Shown piece after piece: positions 22,906 through 33,820 of a DNA stretch of 47,517 nt. Below the pieces are notes generated by a model. That model saw nothing but the letters and a program-made list of their open reading frames with translations, had not been told where the DNA came from and did no database searches. Origin of the DNA: Sanchytrium tribonematis (Eukaryota); the NCBI GenBank assembly GCA_018985235.1, contig JADGIG010000017.1, positions 1-47,517 of the forward strand, written 5' to 3'. The first letter of the stretch is position 1. Each line of letters starts with the position of its first letter. The translations under genes and the position numbers were made by a program.

Positions 22906-24710
22906 TATTACTCTTTTGCGTTACTGTTTGTGGCATGGTGTCTTGTTCTGGGTCAATGTATTTGTTCGTTAAAGTTCGAGTGAGTTTCATGTTTAAGGGG
23001 GAGCTTTTAGAAAGAATTTGGGCCTGGTTTTTATTAAATACAAAAGTTTTATAAAGCGGCAACCAAAAACCTTTTCTATAACTTCGTATATATTATTGGT
23101 TTCCGAGATACCAATATTAAAGAACTTATCTTCCAAGTTTACATGATGATCCAATTTGTTATTAAAGCATTTGTTAAAAGAAGTTAGAAGATGTTACTAA
23201 AGAATTGATTAAATAAAACCAATTTTTCTTCTGTTATTTGATCTGATCAGTTGTGCAATTTTAAAATTTCTTAAGTGTTTCCTGGATCTATTCAAGCATT
23301 CATTGCTCTTGGCAATATTTGGCGTAATCTGATAATCACAATGAATGTTTTCTAGTGTAAAATTAGCACCCAAATCAACAATTTAATTCCCATGCGAACA
23401 ATTTGCATCTTCTGGTGGTAAAGATGTATGCTTGTGTAAATTCCTTGTGAGAAAATATCAAGATTCCTAATACTACTATGGTCTCTGTCCTTAATAAAAG
23501 GAGCGATTTGTTGGATAGTACATTGCGAATCAGTAAAGATGTGTAATGCACGTGAATTGAATGATGAAAGAGCAAATTGCGAAGAAATGTAATAACATTG
23601 TGTACCTTACAAATCTATTTTGCGAATGTTAAAAAGTAATGAATTGAATGTGTTTTGTGTTAAATCCATTGTGGGGGTACACAGACTAAAGAAGAAACCA
23701 GTTTCAGCAGAGAGATCCCGTCCATTATTATTAATTACTCTGGTTTAATGCTACCAACGTCCCGCCAATGCTTTTCACAGATTTACCAAATTCAATAGTC
23801 GTCATTTTCCCGATTATAATGACGATCCAATGCTATTTTACATTGATAATTGCTATGGCAAACATTCCCGTTGCGCGCCAAATGGTACTTTAAGATAGAT
23901 CGGATTTTACGAATATCTCTAAAATTCTGGTATTTTAAAAATCTGAGGTAGTGATATGAATATCAAAATCATGATTTCTAAAATTGTCTCTAAATCCACT
24001 ATCAAATACTCATACAATGTTCAAGTTGAAAATCGAGATAAAACATGATATTTACCAATTAGATCATATACAGCTCATGAAGTAGCTTTTTTGTTAATAT
24101 CTCAAAAGAAATTATGTTTGATACAGATTAGTAAAAATAACGTGTTGTTCCAGGATGACAAATAGCCGTATTCGTTTATCAAATGCTTATGGAGATGCAA
24201 GTGCAAGTCAAAAATAATGAAACTAGTGTCTAATACACTGGACTATTTACCGGTAACAATATATCAATAGACTATTGTTGATGAGTATATAATGATTGTT
24301 TGTGATTTGATTTGGTACTAATCACACTATGATGGGAATTGGCATAAAACAAAATGCTCGAATGATAAGTCGTTTCAAAATAACCTTCGGAGCTTTAATC
24401 AAGATCCAGATCAAGGTCTCGTATATAGTACTTTGGGAGTAGTACAAACAATTATAGATGAAAGACTGACCAAAACTAAATTTCAAATACAACTTTAAAA
24501 TTGCATTGATTATTGCAATTATTGCTTAAATTTATAAAACTAGTTTATTGGAGGGATATTAGCAATTTAAATTACATTGCTATTAATGTTCTAGTGTGCA
24601 GACATTAATGCAAGAATATGCGTCTGGTTTGCAGATTAAATCGCGCATTTAGGAGAGGCTCTAAGTTACTAATTTAGCATTCATTAATAGTTAATCAAAA
24701 AAATTGAGAA

Positions 24711-25685
24711 TTGCATTTCGAAGCAGGGACTTGCTCTGGTGATATTAGAGCAAAGCAAAAAAACTGTACATATTTTCGAGAATATCTATCTTCAAAAACT
24801 ATAAAAAGCTTGCAAAAGAGAACAAAGTTGATTCAAAAACAATTAGAGATTGGAGAAAAAATGCTGATAAAATATTTACATATCGAGGTAGAAACAGTCG
24901 TAAAATGGTATCAATTGGGCATAGTATGAAATTTGGATTCATTGAAGATATTATTATTGAAAGAATCAAATTTTTAATGTTATGCAAATCAATTATTATT
25001 TACGATAGAATATATAAATGGATTGAAAAACAAGATTTTGAAGCATTTAATGATGGAACATTTAAAGCGTCAAGAAATTGGTATGATGAGATGTTAAAAA
25101 GAAATAATCTCGTACCTAGAGCAGCAACATAATTAGTTAAAAAAGATGATCAATACTTGATTGAATCAGTACAAAGCATATTCTACAAGTTAAAAACAAA
25201 TTATCTATTTATTCAAGTGATCAGATTGTATTTGCAGATGAAACTGCAATTTGGATGGATGTGAGAACTAAAAGAATATTCGCAACCACAGGAGCAAATC
25301 AAATCCCAATCTTTGCTGGGTTTAGTGAAAAGCGAAATATTACAGTAATGTGTGCAGTGAGAAAAAATTATGAAAAAATCATTCCATTAATTGTACATCC
25401 AACAAATCCAAAGTTTAACACAATTGAAATCCAAACAAACAAAGTTGTCGGATATACGAAAAAAGGTTGGGTTACTCAAGAACTGTTAAAGAAATACATG
25501 GTTATGTATTTACGTTTGGAAATGAATTGTTAGTTTGAGATCAAGCAAGCGCTCATACTGGATCAGAAATTGAATCTTACTTCCAGAATAAGAATATTGA
25601 AGTTATTAAAGTTCCAGCAGGAACAACAGGTTATTGTCAACTTGAAGATGTTGGTTTGATAAAGATTTTTAAAGCTGGAATTTGA
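24711..25685 (+). pseudogene. pogo/Fot1-like (DD35D) transposase pseudogene with CENP-B/Tc5-type HTH
   Basis: FKASRNWYDEMLKRNNL, FADET, KRNITVM, KGWVT, LLV*DQASAH, VPAGTTGYCQLEDVG; several stops/frameshifts; no TIRs found. Confidence 0.85.
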
Positions 25686-26548
25686 AAATCAATTTTAGAC
25701 TTCCATGATGAACCCGTTGATAAAAGTGACTCCTGAGATTATCGAAAAAACATTACAAACCTGTTATTTGACTGAAAATGTTAAGGGATTACAAATGGCA
25801 AAAGTAACTGGCTTAGGTAGTTTTATATAATTTAGGTTCACGATTTATTGCATTATTTGAGCTCTTTTCAGTTTGGTCTAATGTTGTAAATGCATTATTA
25901 AATAGAGCAACGTACTCAATGACTGCAGAAGAGTTTGAAAATTTTTGATGCAAATGTTTCTCGATTTGAAGCACAAGAAACCATTGATTTAACTGGTGAA
26001 AATGAATAAATATATGAATTAAGTAATTATTTATTGACATTTTAAAAATATGGGGGAGAGTTGAGCTGGTAAAGACTTTATTACCCAACCACAGTTTTTT
26101 AGCAAAAAAGTATTTTGGACATTCACGTTACATTAATTTTTTACCCTTTGGCATTGCGAAGATCAAACACTTTTTTATTAGAATATAATTGAATGATCGA
26201 AATAAACACTGCATCGTCAAAATTCCAGTTATTAAGTCCAAATTTGCAACGTTAATGCTCTCAAACCATAAATCACGATAAAAGATTTCACCCAATTAAA
26301 ATCAAGGATGTTGTTACTTCAAAAAATCTCATTAACGATATCTATAGTGTATTTGATCCGAGACAGTTACGAGAAGTGTAATTCTGCTGTGTTTTTGTCT
26401 CTAATCTGATTGTCCCTTATATACCACAAGTCTATGTAATGTATCGTTTGCGTTGGGGTCACCCAAAAAATATTTGAAAATGTCGTACTTGCGAGAATTT
26501 ATTAATTGAAGGGGCTTGATGGTTTTTGCTTTTCAGTTTTTTTGAAAC

Positions 26549-27907
26549 ATGAAGCCTTATGAAATTGAAACACGAGTTTCCATGACAATTCCAGACGAAC
26601 AACATGCCATATCAGTTTGTCTTCCACATTGGTCTCACAATATTGACTACGAAGAAGGCAAATTAAAATTGCAAATTGGATATCCACGTGTTTTACTTCA
26701 TCCAAGAGTTAAGGAATTATATCATGGAAGAATAATATTCCAAAATGAATATGCCGCCCAAATATGCTCTCAATATTGCCAAAAAATTGTCAGTAAGACT
26801 TTTGTCAATGACCATGCAATTTTTACTGTAGGTGAAAAAGACGATGATAACACAAGAATGTTTTGGCAAAGATCAGGATATGGAATAAGTAGTCGTCAAG
26901 CAGAGGATATTTTAAATGGAAATGTACTACCCTTGAACCAAGATTTGAGACGCCGAGTAGAGCTCAGAATTAATAAGTTTGTAAAAGTTCCCAATGACAA
27001 TATTTTTATATTTTTAAGCGGCATGTGTGCCATTTTTACTGCATTCAAGGTCACTGAAGGTCCTTATGTCATGCTGGGTTTCCCTTATTATGATACCTTG
27101 AAGATTCTAGAAAATTACAGCAGCTGTCAATTAGTCACATCTTTTGAGGAATTAGAAAATATTAAAAACATTGGCACTCTATTTATAGAATTTCCTTCAA
27201 ATCCTTTATTGAATGTTATTGATTTAGATAAAATTTACCAATTTGCAAAAAGTAGAAATATAATTGTGGTTTTGGATGACACCATCAACACGTTTTACAA
27301 TGGAGATTTGTCACCGTACTGTGATGTATTAGTCACTTCTTTGACAAAATCATTTTCAGGATACGGCAATGTTATGGCAGGCTCTCTCATTATAACGAAA
27401 AGTGATCCTGAGCTCCTAGATAAGGTTCAATCAATATATAAGAAAGCCGATTGGATTTATCAACGGGATCTACAAGTTTTAAATGATAATTCTTTAGACT
27501 ATGAAGAAAGAATTGAGAAAATGAATTCCAATTCAAGATATTTTTTAAATTGGCTGAAATTGATCAAAAATAGCCATTCTAATATTCTGAAAAGATTTTA
27601 TCATCCCGAGGAAAATGATGCAGAAACCTATTCAAAATATAGTAATGGGTGTTGTTCCTTATTTTCTATAGAATTTCAATCGGAATCTTTAGCTGCAAAG
27701 TTTTTTGACCAAATCCATTTAAACAAAGGTCCTTCTTTTGGAAATTGGTGCACTTTATTGTGTCCTTATACGATTGTTGCGCACTATTTTGAACTAGAAT
27801 GGGCTCAAAAATATGGTGTAAATCCCGCTTTGGTTCGCGTTTCAATAGGGTGTGAAGATAACTTGTTGGAATCCTTCCAAAAAGCATGGAAAATATTCGA
27901 TGAATAA
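26549..27907 (+). CDS. Cystathionine gamma-synthase (fungal STR2/MET7-type, PLP-dependent)
   Basis: HAISVCLP.W, GYPR, FWQRSGYGISSRQAE, EFPSNPLL, DDT, SLTKSFSGYGNVMAGS (PLP lysine), KGPSFG, RVSIG.E. Confidence 0.92.
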   Translation: MKPYEIETRVSMTIPDEQHAISVCLPHWSHNIDYEEGKLKLQIGYPRVLLHPRVKELYHGRIIFQNEYAAQICSQYCQKIVSKTFVNDHAIFTVGEKDDDNTRMFWQRSGYGISSRQAEDILNGNVLPLNQDLRRRVELRINKFVKVPNDNIFIFLSGMCAIFTAFKVTEGPYVMLGFPYYDTLKILENYSSCQLVTSFEELENIKNIGTLFIEFPSNPLLNVIDLDKIYQFAKSRNIIVVLDDTINTFYNGDLSPYCDVLVTSLTKSFSGYGNVMAGSLIITKSDPELLDKVQSIYKKADWIYQRDLQVLNDNSLDYEERIEKMNSNSRYFLNWLKLIKNSHSNILKRFYHPEENDAETYSKYSNGCCSLFSIEFQSESLAAKFFDQIHLNKGPSFGNWCTLLCPYTIVAHYFELEWAQKYGVNPALVRVSIGCEDNLLESFQKAWKIFDE

Positions 27908-28006
27908 ATAATTTGTCCACGAACGATCTAGAACTTAAAATATAAAGTATAATTTCTCACTTTATTTGTTTTCAGATATTGGCTTTTTTATAATTTTTGA
28001 AACAAC

Positions 28007-30638
28007 ATGAAGCCCATCAAAGTTGAATCTGCGATAAAATCGTATCACAAATTGCTCACACAAACTCAATTTAAAATCAAACATGTTCGTATACTCATAA
28101 TATTCACCCATCAATCTAAATCATCCATTTATAATTTGATTGATCAGGAATCCAGAACGCACATGAAATCCATTCGCATTCCTATTATTCTTTTCAAAAT
28201 TATTCAACAGGGTCACTTATTGAACACTTTAGAAATAACAAGATGCAGTCAATACTGTCATGGACCACTTGGTGAATTGCTAAAACTAAAAATTAATATT
28301 CATTCTCAATATCATGAATTTGATGGCCAGTTTACATACGAAGAATTTATTGCTTTAAAATATTCACAAGTCGTTGATGTTGGATTTGATATCTTAACTC
28401 AATTATTGGAATATTTGAATAAATGCAACACAACTATGCAATATTATTTGAATCAATTATCTACGATTTCACAAAATACAGAGTTATTGGTCTTAATGAC
28501 TTGCTTTATATTAGAATCGTATAATATTTATATCTATATTTTGCACATGGGAAGAGCGCTGCACAAAAGAATTGCAGACACAGAAGCTCTATCTCAAATT
28601 AGAGCAGATTATAAAAAGTTTGCAATGAATACTAATTCTTTATTTGATCAAGCAAAAAGATGGAAACAGTTGTTGATTTATATGACTATTCCGACTATAA
28701 AATATTTAGATATGATGGAATATGATGAAATTGTAAATGAAAAAATAGAATTTAGAGATATTGATGACAATGCCAGTGAAGTCTCTTTTGGTGATACCGA
28801 GTTGACTCATTCTCATTCGACACCCCAAATAAGTCAATCTCAAAGTAGAGAATTTTTGGATACAAATGATGCATTTGAAATGGAATTAGCCAATCAACAA
28901 AGGTTGAAACAACAACAACAGCAGCAGCAACAATCCCAGGTCTCACACGCATCTGCACAGGAAATGAGTCAATTGACGAATCAACTTTCTCAATTATCTA
29001 CTCAAAATCAGTCAAATTTACAGATTATTGCGCAATTGCAACAACAATTAAACGAATTACAACAGAAATACGACCAATTGGCCAATTTATACAAATCTCT
29101 TAGACAAGAGCATTTGACATTGCTTAACAATTACAATCAATTAAAATCTACAAATGATCCAAATTTACAAGCTAAATTCAAACAGTCACAATTGCAATGC
29201 GCAGATTTGATGAAACAACGAGATGTCGCTGTGAACCAATTAAATGCCTTAAAGTCTGAACAAAGCTTAAAAGTTGGTCAATTACAACAGCAATATGATT
29301 TATTGCAATTACAAAATAAGGAATTGAAACAAACACGTGGAAATGAAATTAACCTGAATTTACAAAACCAAATGCAAGCACAAATTAACGCATTAAATCA
29401 ACAATACAGTGATTTACAAAACAAATACAATTTACTAAACAGTGAAATGGTCAATAAGAATGAAGAAATTCAGGTTTTACAATATTCTTTAGACCAAGCC
29501 TTAAAATCTAATGACACCAATTTAATGAAGCATTTGGATGGATTGCTTGACGCATTATTCCATCAATTGAGTCAATCTATCGTAACGAATTGCCAATCCT
29601 TAAAATCAAGTGAATTGGATCCCAATTTATCGCATTTTGTAGAGTCATTTCCCCTAGCACACTTTAGTGAGAGTGTCATGACCTGGTTAGATACAAATGA
29701 TAAAATGGTGGTTATGGGAAGTGCTTTGGATATTGGATTCAAAATGCTACAAATTTTAAATGTTGGATGCCATGAAACAGAATTAATGAACAATTTGGGA
29801 ATGGCCATGGGGGACTACTTTAATCATTTAAAAAGTAGTGTATTGTTAAACAGAAGTAAACCAGACCGAATAGAAATGGTGAAAAAGTGCCATGCAAATG
29901 TGGAAACCTATAAAAATCAATTGCTGCAATCTTTATCTACAAACCAAGTATCTAACGAGTTGAATTTACAATCAGTCCTACAGCAAGTCAGCCAGGCGCA
30001 TTCCCAACTTATCAATTTGGTGCAATTAAATACAAATCATGTCCATTACTCAATTTTGAAGCAATGTTTGCTATTGAGTGATTTGTTACAGAGATATGTA
30101 CAATCTTGTATTAATACGCAGCAAGAAATTATTTCTCACTCAAATACCACACCAAATCAATTTTACAAGGCAAATAATAGATGGACTCAAGGTCTCATCA
30201 GTGCGTCTCAGGTAATTAATTTTTATGTAGGCAGTTGTTGGTCACGTTCAATTACTTGTTAATGAATCCAATAGAATAGTCAATGATCCATCGCATGAAA
30301 TGGATGCTTTGATTGTTATTGGAACAAACACATCTGCTAGTGTCATACAAATCACGACAAGCGCAAGAGTGAAACAAGTACCTTTTAGCAAAACTCAATC
30401 TGTATTGGAAGGGAATGCAACACAAGTCAATGATTGCTGCAAAGGTTTGATTGATTTAGTAGGGAAATTGACTACGAAGCAAGAGTTACAGCTTCCAAGA
30501 ATCCAGAATGCACACGATTATAAAACGGTCGAAATGGAGCAACAAGTCAAGATACTGGGATTGGAAAAAGCTTTGAATCAAGCTAGACAAGGATTGAGTG
30601 AAATTAGAAAGTTGGGATACCGCGAATCGCAATCATAA
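28007..30638 (+). CDS. SLA2: Sla2/End4 (HIP1R-like) endocytic adaptor, 870 aa; exons 28007-30211 and 30231-30638
   Basis: Divergent ANTH (KHVR, KIIQQGH), Gln-rich coiled coil, I/LWEQ domain FYKANNRWTQGLISAS...SARVK...EMEQQVKIL.LEK.L..AR..L.EIRK. Confidence 0.9.
28910..28933 (+). repeat. CAA/CAG microsatellite encoding a poly-Gln tract in Sla2
   Basis: caacaacaacagcagcagcaacaa. Confidence 0.8.
30212..30230 (+). other. 19-nt spliceosomal intron GTAATTAATTTTTATGTAG (phase 0) in Sla2
   Basis: Removal joins GLISASQ to AVVGHVQLLVNESNRIV...EMDALIV, in frame with ORF 30300-30638, restoring the I/LWEQ domain. Confidence 0.9.
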
Positions 30639-30751
30639 ATATGATGTCGAAACTCAAATAATTAAACTTTTTATGATCTTTTTGATGAAAATCAACTCAG
30701 TTTGCCGCTCTGGCAGTGTAAAATAATTTTCAGTCCTCCTTGTAGCATAAC

Positions 30752-32323
30752 ATGACTCAACTAGACCTTTCCACCTTCAAAGTCAAAGGGAAATCTTTCG
30801 TTTATAAGATGGAACAGTTTAGTAGTCATCCATATACCGCAGTCTGTTTAGAATGCAAGAAACAGGTGGAGTCAAAATGCAAAATTCATCCTCGCGAAAA
30901 GTATGTTGTTTGCGTCATGTGCGGAACTTTATGCTGTTGGAAAACTTGGAACAAAACGCATTCCAACCAATGCAAAATAGCTATAGAACCTTGGTATCAA
31001 GAAGTGGAGGCAATCAGAACTGGGAAACCGAAGCCTCAACCAATTCCAGTGCATCATCATCAGCCAGTGCCATCTCCAACGACTCGCCTCCAACACCGCC
31101 AGTATCTTCCTTCAGACATTTTCGATCAGGTAATTACCAATCGATTCTCCCAAATAATTCCAAATGTTCTGCCAATTCTTAAATATGACGTAAATGGCGT
31201 TGTTTGTTACTGCAGACATTGCCATTTATTATTGACTTCTCCAAGCGAATTATGCCAGGAGCATGCTCATCTTTACAAAAAATACACAGATTTGAACAAA
31301 TATATTTGTACAACTTGCGGGCAAAATATGAGCTATAGTACTTATAAAAGACATTTTAGGAACAATGTGTGCAAAAACTCGACTCAGCCAGGGAACCAAA
31401 AGTACACAAATTACTCTCAATTTCCAGAATTGAATCCCGTCCTGATTCCTCATTTATCGTCAATTCAACCACTTGGTGATGATGTTTTACTGCTTTTAAA
31501 TGATTTAGCAAATCAATACCCATCTCATGTTCAAAGCTACCTCAGTCAAATATATCCCATAACCCAGCGCTTCCATCCATTGCTTTTTCAGCCTGAATTG
31601 ATTATAGAAAATCAGACTGCTCAAGATATATTACATCAATTGCAGCATCCTTCCCCGCCATCTATTTTTGAGCCATTATCTCCAATAAGTATGTCAACTT
31701 GCTCAACCTTGAGTAATCATACCATGATTGATGATTCTATTCTAAATAATGGCCAAAATGGTAATTTTACAACTGGGCTGCCTACCCATGAACAATTAAA
31801 CGAGCTATTCTCTCCTGCATTGAGTATGAGCAGTGCAAGCTCCATTTCTTTAGAACTCCCTACAATTCCAACGGAGCAAAATGAAATTTTAACTATTTTG
31901 ACTGACAAATGCGAAGAACTGATCATATTTATCACTCAATATTATTCAGTTTATGAATTGTTTGAGCAATTGGTAAATAACATTATGGAAGATACATGGA
32001 AATCCACCGGCGACTTAAAACAAAGAATTATCGATTTATCTTTAATTTTAGATAACAAACAATCTAGTTGTTTTACTCGTGTATTTACAACAGAATTCAA
32101 ACTGAGTAAAAATGAAGAAGGGCTGTTTAATTTATTAAATGATAAAAAAATTGAATTACAAAATCAATTGATTGCATGTGAAATTTACAAGGAAAAGGCT
32201 GAAGAATACCTTGCTTTGGTTGATTTAAGTGTTGGTAATAAGCTGATTGTTGCAAATAAGAGGTTGGATAAATTGATGCAAGATGTCTCAAGAATTGAAA
32301 AAGAGCGTTTATTCTCTGAATAA
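30752..32323 (+). CDS. Uncharacterised protein with two Cys/His-rich putative zinc-binding modules, Pro/Ser-rich middle and helical C-terminus
   Basis: 523-aa ORF; CxxC..CxxH..CxxCG..H..C pattern occurs twice. Confidence 0.8.
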   Translation: MTQLDLSTFKVKGKSFVYKMEQFSSHPYTAVCLECKKQVESKCKIHPREKYVVCVMCGTLCCWKTWNKTHSNQCKIAIEPWYQEVEAIRTGKPKPQPIPVHHHQPVPSPTTRLQHRQYLPSDIFDQVITNRFSQIIPNVLPILKYDVNGVVCYCRHCHLLLTSPSELCQEHAHLYKKYTDLNKYICTTCGQNMSYSTYKRHFRNNVCKNSTQPGNQKYTNYSQFPELNPVLIPHLSSIQPLGDDVLLLLNDLANQYPSHVQSYLSQIYPITQRFHPLLFQPELIIENQTAQDILHQLQHPSPPSIFEPLSPISMSTCSTLSNHTMIDDSILNNGQNGNFTTGLPTHEQLNELFSPALSMSSASSISLELPTIPTEQNEILTILTDKCEELIIFITQYYSVYELFEQLVNNIMEDTWKSTGDLKQRIIDLSLILDNKQSSCFTRVFTTEFKLSKNEEGLFNLLNDKKIELQNQLIACEIYKEKAEEYLALVDLSVGNKLIVANKRLDKLMQDVSRIEKERLFSE

Positions 32324-32445
32324 ATACCAGAAACTATAGATACTTGCGCTGCCATTTCCTTAGACATCTTCAAATAAATTAAAAAACGTCTAGGTTATTT
32401 AAGGTCTGGTTTTTAGTCTTGTTGCAACCCTCCTTGTTTGGATAA

Positions 32446-33807
32446 ATGACAACACATCCAGATGACTATTTGTCAGAAGCAGAAAAGAAATTTCTGAAAA
32501 GCTTAGTAGATAAAGAAGGTAATCCAAGTAGAAACTCTAGAGATATTTTGAAAGACTTAAGCAACGAGACAATGGTCATCAAAAAAGTCACCGACAATAA
32601 CGAAAAAACGGACGAAGTAAGTGCTATTAATTACCCTATAACAGAATTCACTCCTTTGCATCTGATCATTAGGATTGATGGCCGTGCTTGTCCTTATTTG
32701 ATTAAATATATTATTCAAGAATTAAATGCAGATATGAATGTTAAAGATTATCAAGATAATACGGCACTACAATTGGCATGCTTTAATTCTTATGATGCAG
32801 CTGCCATGACATTAATTGAACTGGGTGCAGATATCCAAAATTTAGAAAACTGGAATTATTCAGCCTTGACATTGGCAACTTTTCACTCTAATTTTAAGAT
32901 AATGGATATTTTATTGAGAAATGGCTCTATTGTCAATCAAAAATTAAAAGAATATGGTGAGTACCCTGAAGACAGTACCAATTTACACATTGCTGTCCGA
33001 AAGAGGCATTACTGTGGAATTATCCAATTAATGAAATATGGAGCAGACCCATTTGCAAAGGATGCCGATGGGAAAATACCCTTGGATTATTTAGAAACAA
33101 GTTATTTGACTACGAATGAACCAATTGATGATGATTTCCGCATGGATGACTTGAGGGATGCCCTTGAATTTATGAGACGGAGAAATCAAAATGGATTTGA
33201 TATGACAAAATATCTTGGCACTTTTTTTGTCAAAACAGATTATCCTGATTTGGTTACGGATATCAAAGAAGTGAAGTGTTACCCATATTTACAAGATTTG
33301 CTGACAGGAAAAGCAAGATATTATAGTGATTTTTTAATGGATTTTTTTGATTCAAGTCACTCAGGATATGTATTTCAATTTACCGGTCTTTCCTCGAAAG
33401 AAAATCAAAAATTAGTTTTAAAACTGGCAAAAATATGTGTTCAAATTAGAGAATCCACCGAAAATTGCAATACCCTTTTTCTGGAATGTATAAATTTAAT
33501 TTCGCAAATGAATTTTAAGAATTTAAAATCATTTCGAACTTTTGATGAGGATATGCTCCGGAAACAAATTGCAACGTTTGAGGAACGTTCTCAGCGTACT
33601 TGTGCTTCTATTTATGATCCTGAAGATACGCTTCCATGTTTTCAAATATTAGAGCAATGCCGCGTTGTTCGTAGAGTGCTGAGACAAAAGAATTACGATG
33701 CTAAGGGCTGGGCTTATAACATTGAAAATGCAATAGATCATATCAAAAATACCTGGAACTCCATCTCGATGGAATTAATTGAGAAATGTAAAACGAAAAT
33801 AAAATAA
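32446..33807 (+). CDS. Ankyrin-repeat protein with unknown C-terminal domain
   Basis: TPLHL, TALQLAC, SALTLAT, TNLHIAV...GADP..KD.DGK.PLD. Confidence 0.9.
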   Translation: MTTHPDDYLSEAEKKFLKSLVDKEGNPSRNSRDILKDLSNETMVIKKVTDNNEKTDEVSAINYPITEFTPLHLIIRIDGRACPYLIKYIIQELNADMNVKDYQDNTALQLACFNSYDAAAMTLIELGADIQNLENWNYSALTLATFHSNFKIMDILLRNGSIVNQKLKEYGEYPEDSTNLHIAVRKRHYCGIIQLMKYGADPFAKDADGKIPLDYLETSYLTTNEPIDDDFRMDDLRDALEFMRRRNQNGFDMTKYLGTFFVKTDYPDLVTDIKEVKCYPYLQDLLTGKARYYSDFLMDFFDSSHSGYVFQFTGLSSKENQKLVLKLAKICVQIRESTENCNTLFLECINLISQMNFKNLKSFRTFDEDMLRKQIATFEERSQRTCASIYDPEDTLPCFQILEQCRVVRRVLRQKNYDAKGWAYNIENAIDHIKNTWNSISMELIEKCKTKIK

Positions 33808-33820
33808 ATAAAATTTGCTT

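Noticed and set aside
23100..24500. Coding-like stretches with scattered stops inside the island
   Set aside because: No recognisable motif; left unassigned.
30736..30743. CTCCTT motif as a Shine-Dalgarno site
   Set aside because: It is the reverse complement of AAGGAG on the coding strand, so it cannot act as an SD sequence, and the genes are eukaryotic.
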